A stretch of DNA of 64,000 nt from contig NC_090399.1 in NCBI RefSeq assembly GCF_036365525.1, positions 64,784,862-64,848,861 on the forward strand. Reading direction: 5' to 3'. Both the position numbers and the translations under genes were made by a program. The notes under the pieces are model-generated. The model did no database searches, was not told the origin of the DNA, and saw nothing but the letters and a program-made list of their open reading frames with translations. Origin of the DNA: Heterodontus francisci (taxonomy: Eukaryota). This document shows, in pieces, positions 49,757 to 62,621 of the stretch; the stretch's first letter is position 1, and each line of letters opens with the position of its first letter.

Positions 49757-50787
49757 GGAAAGACCATAGCCCAACAGGACAAGAGAGCATTCTACAGATT
49801 GTACAGACCATAGCCCAACAGGACAAGAGAGCCCTCCACAAGTTGTACAGACCATAGTCCAACAGGACAAGAAAGCACTCTACAAGTTGTACAGATCATA
49901 GCCCAATAGGACAAAACAGCATTTGCAGGTTGTACAGACCAAAGCCCAAGAGGTCAACAAGGCATTCTACAGGTTGTACAGACCACAGCCCAACAGGACA
50001 AGAGAGCCACCTGCAAGTTGTACAGATCATAGCCCAATAGGATAAGAGAGCATTTTACAGGTTGTACAGAGCACAGTCCAACAGGAAAAGAGAGCCCTCT
50101 ACAAGTTGTACAACCATAGTCCAACAGGACAAGAGAGTCCTCTACAAATTGTACAGACCATAACCCAAAAGGACAGGAGAGCATTCTACAGGTTGTACAG
50201 ACCATAGCCCAACAGGACAAGAGAGCCCTCTACAAGTTGTGCAGACCATAGACCAACAGGACAAGAGAGCATTCTGCAGGTTGTACAGACCATAGCCCAA
50301 CAGGATAAGAGAGCCCTCTACAAGTTGTGCAGACCATAGCCCAATAGGACAAGAGAGCATTCTACAGGTTGTACAGACCATAGCCCAACAGGACAAGAGA
50401 GCATTCTCCAAGCTGTACAGATCATAGCCCAACAGGACAAGAGAGCATTCGACAGGTTGTACAGACCATAGCCCAACAGGACAAGAGAGCCCTCAACAAG
50501 TTGTAAAGACCATAGCCCAGCAGGACAAGAACACACTCTTCAAATTGTACAGATCATAGCCCAACAGGAGAAGAGAGCACTCTACAAATTGTACAGACCA
50601 TAGACCAACAGGACAAGAGAGCATTCTGCAGGTTGTACCGACCATAGCCCAACAGGACAAGAGAGCCCTCTGCAGGTTGTACAGACCATAGCCCAACAGG
50701 ACAAGAGAGCATTCTACAAGTTGTACAGACCACAGCCCAACAGGACAAGAGAGCCCTCTACAAGCTGTACAGACCATAGCCCAACGG
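49757..50787. repeat. 44-bp intronic minisatellite, copy 3 (~23 units)
   Basis: Same unit with gagcattct/gagccctct variants. Confidence 0.95.
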
Positions 50788-51155
50788 GGCAGAGTTGATC
50801 TTTTTTTTCATTTTGGAGAAAGTTGTTCCTTATAAAAGAGTAACTGTGTGTTTCACACACATTAATTCTCCAGAAATATCACAATATATATATTTTTTAC
50901 CTCAGCACCTTTGCCTCCTATTTGACATCAGCATCTTTATTCACATTTTCACTCATCCTGTAGTTTCATTTTCCACATTTGCCAGAGATTGCTCGGCCCA
51001 CCAGTGAACAGTTCAACTTTTTATTAAAATATATATTTTGTTCAGAACTAGAAAACTGATATGTCAATACTTTCTTAATCAACTTTAGATAATTCTTCAA
51101 ATAAAAGATTTTAGGACAGTTTTGAGGTAATTTTTAGGTTTCCTGTTTCTTACAG

Positions 51156-52090
51156 TTAACTTGGTGGCAATTGTGATCCTGTCCCGAGGGAAGTGCGGTC
51201 TCTCCAAATGCATCACTCACTACCTGGTGGCCATGGCAGCGGCCGATCTGACGGTGGTTATCGTCCATGTGATATTACAACGGATTAATATCTTGTACTT
51301 GCCAATTAATTTCCTATCTCTGACTCCTGTGTGCAAGGTAAACTTTGTTGCATACATTGTAGCTGTAGACTGTTCTGTCTGGTTTACTGTCACCTTCACT
51401 TTTGATCGCTTTGTAGCAATTTGCTGTCAGAAGCTACAATCAAAATATTGCACCAGGAAAACGGCAAGAGTGGTTATCACTACTGTTTTTGTGGTGAGCT
51501 GTCTGAGGACCATCCCCTTTTATTACATGGATGAACCTGCCTTTATAATTGATGATGTGCCATGGTTCTGTGTTGCCACAGCTGATTATTTCACTTCCCC
51601 CTTGTGGAAGGCATTTGAGTGGATCGACAGCATCATAACCCCTCTATTACCAATCCTTCTAATTCTGTTGTTCAATGCACTAACTGTCAGAAACATTATA
51701 CTAGCAAATAGAGTGCGCAGAGAACTCCGGAGCAACAGTGAGAATCAGAATGATCCAGAGGTGAAGAATCGGAGGAAATCCATGATTTTACTTTTTGCAA
51801 TTTCTGCCAATTTCATACTTTTGTGGATGTTGTATGTTGTGCACTCATTAATCTGGCCAGTGGCAAATTTTTTTTATGTTGACAAATATTACAGTAACCC
51901 AATATATATTGCCCAACAAGTTGGATTTATGCTGCAGCTTCTCAGTTCCTGCACAAATACTTGTATCTATGGACTGACACAGAAGAAATTCAGAGAGGAG
52001 CTGAAGAATGGGGTGATTTTTGTTTTTACACTTAATGGGAAATTATGTCAAAAACAAATAACTAGCATTGACCTGGAACCGAGCAAATAG
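51156..52090 (+). CDS. GPR139/142-like GPCR, copy 3, coding exon 2 (spliced protein 334 aa)
   Basis: Acceptor tttcttacag; intact 7TM frame; 13-aa longer C-terminus QKQITSIDLEPSK. Confidence 0.93.
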
Positions 52091-54380
52091 CTTTTCAGGC
52101 CATCTGTGGGAAGGTGAAGAGCAAATAGAAAATTGGTTATCTTCAATGAGATTTTATATCATTATGTACAATAGAATATTAAAAATGGATTTTAATGAGA
52201 TCAAATGAAAGGTAAAGAATGTAAAAATGGATAACATGGTTTTACATGAAATATTCCATCATTAATTTGGCCACTAGGTTTGTGGTTTTAGAGCAACAAT
52301 ACACCATCTAATTTATTCCACATAAAGGAGAGATATTGCTAAAAAAAAATGTCCCGACATGCACTATAATGCACAGTTGAATGAACACATGTAAACATTT
52401 TGTTTCCAGAACAAACTCACATAGTTTATAAAAGGGAAAATTGCAGGAAAAAAGATTCCTTAAAAAAGATGCCTAAAGATTATCAAATGTTAGGAAAACA
52501 TCTGTTCATTGACATTACCTTGACTCTCTCTCTTTCCCTAACAGAATTTCATGGTAGTTCCCCATATTTGTTAGCCAACTCCAAGGGACAGATACTTGAG
52601 CATTATTGCTACACAACTGGGTCTTGCTGGAGCACATGAAGCTGGCCTCACTTTCTCTAAGCACCTAATCTCCACGGTCACCCTGAAATGCAAAGATAAC
52701 CCCTGTGTCTTTTTCATTACCATTAGCCTTTTTATAGCCTGATCCCCTGCCTGCTCCTGTCTCACCTCCATTGACAAGTGCATGAATGTCTTCACCACTT
52801 AGTTAAGAACATCCATTCACCTGCTTCTGTTGAAATTCATGTTTGCTTCCCATCAAACCAAACCTATCCGAGGCTCCCCATGTACTGGCCCTGAACCAAA
52901 TGCTTTTGCTGGCTGTCCCTGTCTCTATTCGAACTTGTCGTGTCCACAAAACCCACCGCCTGCTGTCTTGAGCTAGTTCCACTTTAATAACAACTCAATT
53001 TGCTCCAATATTAGTTGATAATTAACACCTGACCCTGTTCTCAGCTTCTGCCCCCTCCCTTTCAAAACCACCATTGAAAGCCCTTCCTCAAATGTCAATT
53101 CTCAACTCCTCTGTTCTTCCAAACTGTAACCACATGGCGAACCCCCATTTCATCATCAAATTCCTTCAACATGTCACTTCCTTCCATATCCAAGCTCATA
53201 TTTCTGAACATTCCATATTTGATTCTCTTCAATCACACTCTCTGTGGGTGATGCACAATCCCTCTACAGGACCTCCTCAATCTCTCTGCAACCTATGATG
53301 TGGTTGACTACACCATCTCCTGTAATGTCTCTGATACATTTCGTGAAGACGTGTTCCCGATTTCGCTCTTCAAAGGCCTGTTTTCTTTTTTAGACTATGC
53401 CCCTCTAGCCTGAGACTTCCCAACCAGCAGAAGTTGTTTATCGCGATCTAACCCACCTGTCCCTCTTAATATATTGAAAACATCGATCAAATCACCCCTT
53501 AAACTTATAAATTGCAGTAAATGCAAATGTAGTTTGTGTAATATCCTCTTGTAAATTAACCAGGGCTTTGTATACCTGAAGCATGACGTCTACTCTCTTA
53601 TATTCTACTCCTCCAGATATAAAAGCCAGAATTCCATTCGACGTTTTGATTGTTTTGTACGTGTTCATGTCATTTTAATGATCAATGTACCGGGATGCAC
53701 ATGTCTCTTTGTTTCCAGCTTTCTACCATTTAGGAAGTAACCTGTTCTATCCTTTTAATGTCTAATGTTGATGACCTCACATTTTCTCACATTGAAAACC
53801 ATTTTCCACAGTTTTGTCTATTCACTTAATCTGTCAATATTTCTTTATATTTTTATCCTTCCATCTGCACTGCTTACAATCTCTCATTAACCAGGACAGT
53901 TCAGAAGCTGCAGCTCTGAGCAGTGAGGAGAGACAGAGTGAGGTTCTGTGGGGAATTGTTTCTGAGTTATCCTTCTTTCCCATTTTTGGCTCAATAATCC
54001 CATTGAGAGTAAGACAAGTTGCTGGAAGTACAAGCTGTGTGACTGAGCGGCCCCCCCCCACCAGTCTCTATTGTCTGTGCTCTGCTTGTCTCTTCTCTGC
54101 AGCTCCAGAAACTGCCTGAATTCAGTTGCATGTTTCTAGTTTATACATTAGCTGAAAGGATGGCCATTCGCCAAAACACCGCTCCTCCTCCTCCCTGCTC
54201 TTCAAATCTTTGTGGACTGCTCTAACTCGAGCTGGGGCAGGGGCCAAAATGAGCCCATGACAAGTGACATAGTTGTATTTCAATAAAGGGGGCAATTGGA
54301 GGGGCTGGCTGGGGATAAATGTCTATTTTTGAGAGGAGGTCTTGGTGGTGATTGGGCTGAGGGGTTAAAAAAAAAAAAAA

Positions 54381-54763
54381 GGGCGGCACAGTGGCGCAGT
54401 GGTTAGCACCGCAGCCTCACAGCTCCAGGGACCCGGGTTCGATTCCGGGTACTGCCTGTGTGGAGTTTGCAAGTTCTCCCTGTGTCTGCGTGGGTTTTCT
54501 CCGGGTGCTCCGGTTTCCTCCCACAAGCCAAAAGACTTGCAGGTTGATAGGTAAATTGGCCATTATAAATTGTCACTAGTATAGGTAGGTGGTAGGGAAA
54601 TATAGGAATAGGTGGGGATGTTTGGTAGGAATAGGTGGGGATGTTTGGTAGGAATATGGGATTAGTGTAGGATTAGTATAAATGGGTGGTTGATGTTCGG
54701 CACAGACTCGGTGGGCCGAAGGGCCTGTTTCAGTGCTGTATCTTTAATCTAATCTAATCTAAT
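54381..54763 (+). mobile_element. V-SINE (HE1-like), specific to copy 3
   Basis: Full consensus, perfect B box ggttcgattcc, short internal duplication, (taatc)n tail. Confidence 0.92.
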
Positions 54764-55994
54764 ACTGGTCAGTAATTTACCTTCAATTTCATCAGCTTCA
54801 AATTTAGCGAACTATTGCATTTATCAAATTTCTTCTGAAAATCTATATCAGTACAATTTATAGACATTCCCCTGCCCACTACTTAAGTCACCTCTTGATT
54901 TGTTAGACATGACCTAACCTTGACAAAGTCACACTGACTCCCTCTGATCAGCTGAAAATGTTCAAGGTGTTCAGTCACACTATCCTGAATGATAAGGATA
55001 ATGCACTCTAACATTTCCTGACTGTGGATGTTAAGCTAACTGCTCTTTAATTCTCTGTGTTTCTGCTCTCTACTTTCTGAAATAGTGGATTGCTACACAT
55101 AATTTTCTAATCTAAAGAAACAGTTCACGAATCGGGAGAATTTTGGAAGATTATAGTTAGGACATCTGCAATCTTATCACCGAATTCCGATGAAAATTCC
55201 AGCATGTAAACCATCTGGTCCGAGGGATTTCTCACTCTTAAACACGATTATTTTCTTCATTTCTGTTATTTTGTGTGTGTTAATTTTGACGCTTGCCTGT
55301 CCCTGATTCAATATTAATCTATGAGGAATGTCTATCATGCTGACCTCTTCCTCTGATGTAAATACTGAACCAAAATAATTATTCAGCTTGTCGGCCCTTT
55401 CCTTATTTTCAATGACAATAACCCACTAAATGTTCTCAAGGAATCCACATTGATCCTCTTTACCCCAATATAACTGAAAGGTTTTTGTGTTGGTGTTGAT
55501 ATCTCTTGCATGGTTCTTTTCTGACCCACTTTTTGCAGCCTTCATTATCTGTTTTGTCATTGTTTGCTGTTATTTTATCTTTCCCAATGGCCAGGATATG
55601 TGCTTTTTTTACATTTTGTATGCTTTCTCTTTCACTTTTATGTTTCCTCTTAATTTTTGTTGCTCATGACTGTTAATTGGCAAGTTTGGCTTTTGCCTCT
55701 GAGGGGTATAAACTGGTTCTGTATCATATTAAATACTTGAGTCAGCCTTACTTAAATCTAGAATCTTAGTAACTGTTTTTTGATTCTCCATTTCAAACAC
55801 TCGGTTAAACTCAATAATATTATCATCGAATGGTTATAGCACAGAGGAGGCCATTTGTCCCATTGTGTCTGTGCCCACTCTCTCCAAGAGAAATTCATCC
55901 AGTCCCACTCCCCCACCTTTTCTTTGTATCACTGCATTTCATTTCCCATTCAATTCCCTTTTGAAAGCCATGATTGAATCTACCTTCATCATAC

Positions 55995-56170
55995 TGGAAC
56001 ACTCACGGCATTGAAGAAGTATTTAGATGAGTACTTGAAATACCATAACATACAAGGCTATTGGTCAAGTGCGGGGAAGTGGGATTAGTTTTGGGCGGGT
56101 GTTTGATGGTCGGCGAAGTCACGTTGGGCCGAAGGGCCTGTTTCTGTGCTGTAAAACTCTATGACTCTAC
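55995..56170 (+). mobile_element. Short CR1 3' end, specific to copy 3
   Basis: gggccgaagggcctgtttctgtgctgta..(ctctatga) tail; absent at the matching site near 14065. Confidence 0.7.
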
Positions 56171-58832
56171 TCTCAGTCAGTGCATTCCAGATCCTAATCA
56201 CTCACTGTGTAAAAAGCTTTTCATTATGTCACCATTGCTTATTTTGCCAATCACTTAAACTCAGTCTCCTCTGGTTCTCGATCCTTCCACAACAGGAACA
56301 GTTTCTCCCTATCGACTGTATCCAGACACATCATGATATTGACTGTCCTCCTGTAAAATCCATCATTAATGGTCATTTTTAACCAACTATCTTCAATGTC
56401 CCAGAAAACATTTATTTCTGACTGTGTGTCTATAATTACTTTTGGTAGCATTTTTCGATGTGAAAGGTGCTACACAAATGCAAGTTCGTTTTTTTACTGT
56501 GTTTCCAGTTACAACACCTATGTTCAAAAGGAAAGGTGGGGCAATTGCTCCAAATGAAGAGTAACATTAATACTCAGTTGGCAATACACCAATTGATTAC
56601 AGGAATACACAGAGATGGTGTTGTTCAAATTAGACACCATTCTTTGAAAACACATAAAAGAGTCTCTTGTTTAGGAAAATACAGTTTATATTGTGCACAC
56701 TGATTGATACAGACTGACAGTGTATTAATGAATCCAGTATTTTGAGAACAAAGTTGATTCAGGACATTCAACATAAAATACTGATGAATAGATGGAGGGA
56801 CTGAGGTCACAGGTCACTTTATAAAACAGTAGTTCGGCCTCAACTGGAGGATTGTGTCCTATTCTGGGCACTGCACTTTAGGATGGTTGTGAAGGATTTG
56901 GAGAGGGTGCAGAAAAAATTTATGAGAATGATTCCAGGAGTGAGGTGTCATGAGTTTCTTTGTGTTATCTTGAGCAACACAGTGAGGTACATGGATTCCA
57001 GTTCTTTGAAGATCTCTAGAAGGTTTATTAACAGCTGAACTAGTACATACAATGCAGAGCAAGCTATATAGAGAAGCTTTGTCCAGGGTGTTACCATGCA
57101 GAGTGACTATCACTTCAAGTCACATGACTATAACCTGGTACTTATCTCATCAGCATACTGAGTTCTTAAAGGGACATCACTCATAAGCAAGCATACAACA
57201 TGAGAGACTGCATTATTGAGGATAGATTGGAGAAGCTGGGCTTGTTCTCCTTAGAGAAGGTTGAGAGGAAATTTGATGGAGGTGTTCACAATCAACAGGG
57301 CTTTGGACAGAGGAGATGGAGAGAGAGAGATAGAGGATACACATTTTAGGTGAGCAGCAAAAGAAACAAAGGCGACATGAGAAAACTGTTTTTAATGCAC
57401 CAAGTGGTTAAGGACCTGGAATACACAGCCTGAGAGTGTAGTGGTGGCAGATTCTATTGTGACTTTCAAAAGGGAAATGGATAAGCACCTGAAGATAAAA
57501 AAAAGTGCCTGGTTATGGGGAAAGGGTGGGGGTGTGGAACTAGCTGAGATGCTCTTGCAGGGAGTTGGCATGGGACTGGACAGGCCGAATGGCTTCCATC
57601 TGTACGATAAACATTCCATGATTCTATGATGTTTGAGCATCACAGCGATGTCACTGGTGGTCACAGGCCCTCAAAGTAGAGACATCGAGCAGCCACCATG
57701 AATGGTTCAGCACAAGTGTTATTCCCAGAACACAAATACGCTGGAGTTTTGTCTTGGACAAATGATCAAAATGTACAAGTGAAAAGAATTCACTATCAGC
57801 CAGTGTGTAAGAGATTTCAGGAGGGTGTTGACATTTTAGTAGATTGGGCACAATTGGGCACAATAGGAAAAATACATTGCAGAATGAAATGAAAGGGATT
57901 GAGCAGCTGAAAGACATGAAACTTCCGATCTTCCATTTATACAGCACACCACATCTTCCAAAGCTGTCTCTGCTCTTCAAGACTATTGGTTTGCAGTCGC
58001 TGTGGTTCCTGGAGGTAAGTCTGACGGGAAATCTACACACAAGGTCCCGCAAACAGCACTACGATAAATGCCCAGTTAAACTTGATGTGTTAATAGGTAT
58101 TAACGATGACCGAGTTAAGATGATAACAACAATGAGAGATATTTAATTATGAACACAGACTAGAGAAAGCTTTTAATGAACTAACTGGAGAAATATTTTC
58201 ACCCAAGTTGGTGAATTGAAAACGATAGGGCTCACATTAAATATCAAAATCGATGAAATTGTGGTGAAATCTCACCCTCAAACTCTTTCATCCGACACTT
58301 TACTGAAAGCCTGATGTTATTTAACACAAACCGAAACCATGTTTATTTTCGAGCATAGTCCACAAAATCACAGCTAAAGTTAATTTCCTCTTTAAGATTT
58401 TACTTGGAAATTCCCACATTCATTTGTTCTTCCAACTACAGAAACACAGAGAAGTTAAACAAATCTTTGGGCTCAATCAGTCAGTGCTGGTGTTCATTAT
58501 CACAACAGCAAATAGTTCACATGTACTCAGACTGTTTCCATATCCCCTCAATCAGTTAAGACAGCAGTTTAACTGGCCAAAACTCCACAAAGATCTGGTG
58601 GAGTACTGCAGGAGTTGCCACATGTGCCAGGGCAACCCCAAGCTGCAATGAAACCTGCACCCCTAAGTCCTGTACTGGTGTTAGGAAGACCCTCCAGCAG
58701 AGGGCTGGTGAACTGTAAGGGACCCAAGCTAAGAACAGAAGGGGACAGGCAGACACAAGGCTGGAAAAAAGTTTAGAAAGAGAAGGGGAAAAAGTGACCA
58801 AGAGGGCAGGTTAAAGGAGGTCTGGGAGGAAT

Positions 58833-61800
58833 CTCTAATCTATCTTTCTAAATGAAGCATCTCATCCTCATCCCAAGATCCATCCTCTTGAATCTTTTCT
58901 ACACTCTCTCCAAAACTTTCACATCTTTCCCAAAGTGTGGTGCTCAGAACTGGACACAATACTCCAGTTGAGGCCGAACTAGTGTTTTATACAAGTTTAA
59001 CATAACCTCCTTGCTCTTGTAATCTATGCCCCTATTAACAAAGCCTATGATACTGATCGCTTTATTAACCACTCTCTCACCTGTCCTGCCACCTTCAATG
59101 ATTTATGCACAAAAACACCCAGGTCCCTCTACTGCTGCCACCTTTAGAATTGTACCCATTATTTTATATTGCCTTTCCTTGTTCTTCTTACCAAAATGAA
59201 TCACTTCACACTTCTCTGCATTGAACTTCATTTGCCAATTGTCCGCCCATTCCACCAACATGTCTATGTCCAAACACCGTTCTATAATATCCTCCTCACA
59301 GTTCACAATGATTCCAAGTTTTATATCATGTACAAATTTTGTAATTATGCTCTATACACCAAAGCCTAGGTATTAATATATATCAGGAAGAGCAAGGGTC
59401 CCAACACTGATCCCTGGGGAACTCCACTACAAAACTTCCTCCAGTCCTAATAACATCCATTAACCACTGCTCTCTGTATCCTGTCACTTAGCCAATTTTG
59501 TATCCATCTTTCTACTGTTCCTTTTATTCCATGAGCTATAATTTTGCTCACAAGTCTGTTGTGTGACACTGTATCAAATGCCTTTTGGAAGTCTATGCAC
59601 ACCACATCAACAGCAATACCCTCATCAACCCTTTTATTTATTTATTTAGCGAAAAGGCACTGAAACAGGCCCTTCGGCACACCGAGTCTGTGCCGACCAG
59701 CAACCACCCATTTCTACTAATCCTACATTTATTCCATATTCCCTACCACACCCCCACCATTCTCCTACCACCTACCTACACTAGGGGCAATTTACAATGG
59801 CCAATTTACCTATCAACCTGCAAGTCTTTGGCTGTGGGAGGAAACCGGAGCACCCGGCGCAAACCCACACAGTCACAGGGAGAACTTGCAAACTCTGCAC
59901 AGGCAGGATCCAGAATTAACCCAGGTCACAGGAGCTGTGAGGCTGCGGTGATAACCACTGCGCCACTGTGCCGCCCTCTCCATTACCTCTTTAATAATCT
60001 TCAGCAAGTTAGTTAAACACAATTTTCTCTGAACAAATCCATGCTGGCTTTCCTGAATTAACCTGCATTTGTCAAAGTGACTATTCATTTTGTCTGGAAT
60101 TATTGTTTCTAGAAGTTTCCCCACCGCCAAGGTCAAACTGACTGGCCAGTATTTGCTGGGTTTATCTTTACACCCTTTTTTAAACAAAGGCATAATATTT
60201 GCAATTTTCCATTCCTCTAGCACCACCCTGTGTTGAAGAAGAGTGGAAAATTATGACCAGTGCTTCTGCAATTTCCATTCTCACTTCCCTCATTATCCTT
60301 GGATGCATCTCATCTGGTCCTGGTGCCTAAACAACCTTTAAGTACAGACAGCTTACCAATACCTCCTCCTGATCAATTTTAAATGCCCTTTCATGTTAGC
60401 TACCAGTCTCCTTTCATAGTCTCTCTTTGCCCCTCTTATTGGCTGTTTCACTTCCCCTCTGAACCTTCGATATTCACCTGGTTCTCCAACTGACATCTAC
60501 TTTTATATTTTACTGGCATTTTACTTTGTAAAATAAATACAAGACTGAGTGAGATTGGCCCCAGCATAATCCTTTAACAACAGGTTTTCTGGAGTATAAC
60601 ATCGTAGCAGAGGATGGTTTCCGAAAGGGGAAGGCTGGAACTAAGAACATTTTTTTATCACAGAAAATTAAAATCCCAGTGGCGATTGTGGAAAATGTCA
60701 GAAAGCAAGTGTAAATTGTCAGGGTATGATTACCCTCTGATGTTGTCTGAGTCTGAACCAGTGGAAGAATAAAGTAGATATGTGGACACGGGTTACAATC
60801 CTACGAAACTGGAAACAAAGTATGTCCTTGGTATAGTCACTTCCTATAGAACTAAAGTATTTCATGAACTGGAAGCTCCTCAGTTGGAGACTGATGAAGG
60901 TTTGGATTTTTGTGTGAATTCTTGGATGAAATTTACAAACAGGCTTGCTTAGGTTTAAAGAAAAAAAGTTGAAATTTATTAAATTTAAACTCTAATTCTG
61001 TTGACGCCTACGAATAGACAACACGCCTACACAAGCATGCATACGCAATACACAGATGCAAATAGAGACAGAAAAGAGCAGAAGAAAAATAAAGTGGAAA
61101 AGCTTGAGGCAATATCTGAAGAGTTGTTGTTACAGTTCTTCGAGCTCACTGCAGAGTCCTTAATTGTATGTAGATCTTACTTTTGATTGGGGCCCAGTAT
61201 TCTCCTTAAACCTTCTTCACTGTAGGAGACTTTTCTTTTTTGGAGTTCATGTGTCTTCAGTAGGTATTGGAGTTCCTATAAATGCTGTTAGCAACTCTGG
61301 TGGGGTGTTTCTAGTGTCTGCATTTACAGAGGAGGATGTGGGATCTAACTTTTCAAATTTTCTGGGGTTGGCTGACCAGACAGTAGGTGTTTTCATCAGG
61401 GATTCCTCCCAGACGTCCTTTAACCTGCCCTCTTAGTCACTTTTTCCCCTTCTCTTTCTCAACACTGTCTACTCTTTGCTCTCAGGTCTGTGAGGAGAAC
61501 TCCATTTCCTCATCAGTACCTCATTCTTTAAATAGTAACAATCAGGGACTCCATCTGCTTCACTTTCAGACTGTGCTAGCTCTCGCAATACTTGGTCGAC
61601 TCGCTGAGCCTCAGCTCGGGAATATCCATTTGATTCATTCCCTGGGTCTCCTAACTTTCCAAAGAAAGTCTCGGACAGACAGACCTCATGGTTATCTGCT
61701 TGCAGTGCCAATTCCGTCTCCTCTGGGGGAGCTGGTTTGATCATGGCCTGATTCATGACACATTCAGGACAACTGCAGGGGACCGTCTCCTGCCACTGCC

Positions 61801-62621
61801 CTGTCTCTCTGACCTCCTGTGGTCTTTCATTCACTACTGGGGGAGGATACCACCTTCACCCCGCCAGATCATTTTTAAGGAGCAAGCCAACCCTGTCCAC
61901 AGGCAAACTAGGGACCATCCCAATGGTCACTGGTACCAAAACTAGGTCACACTCCAGGTGCACCCAGTGCACAGGTACAGACATACACTGCCCTCCAATA
62001 CCATTCACCACCATTCTGGGGTTCACTGCACTCGCTGGGGGAAAGGTCAGGCCTTTTCCCAGTAAAAGGGATCTAGTAGTCTCTGGGAATTACTGTGGGC
62101 TTGCTTGCCCCACTCGAGGAGTATGTGGTTACTTTCCCTCCACACAATACCCTGAGAACCTTCAGGAATCCTATTAAATTTTCCTGCACTTGTCGTAGTA
62201 AATGTCCTGGGTTGCACTCTTACTGCAGTTAAAGCCCCAGTTTGTTCTGCTGTGCTTTCTATCAGGCTACCTCAGGAATGTGTCCTGATTAACCCTACAG
62301 TTTCAAGCTGTCGGCTTTTAAATGCCCTGCTTTATTACAATGGAAGCACACAGGTCCCCAGGTCTCACTCTTGCTCACAACACCTTCCATTTTGGCAAGA
62401 GGAGGGCCGCTGTTTTTCCTGCTTTCCTTTCTCTCCGAGGTCTGATGGGCTCAATCACCTTCTCATCCTTTGCCCCTTTCGGACCCTTCCTGACAGCTGT
62501 TTAGGAATTTTGGGGTTGTCAAAAGTACTTTCGGGGCCTGGGAAGGGGGTAAGAAATGGTTGTATAATGACCTGAAGAAATTAATTGAACATTTTAACAA
62601 TAGCCAACTCCCTCTCTCTCT
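58833..62621 (+). repeat. Segmental duplication of 16758-20546 (CR1 RT 58865-60390, nested SINE 59632-59976, Gypsy 60940-62600, all minus strand)
   Basis: Colinear and highly similar; shared by copies 1 and 3 but not copy 2. Confidence 0.93.

Noticed and set aside
54381-54460. tRNA gene
   Set aside because: A and B boxes are present but continue into the SINE core and tail; these are SINE heads.
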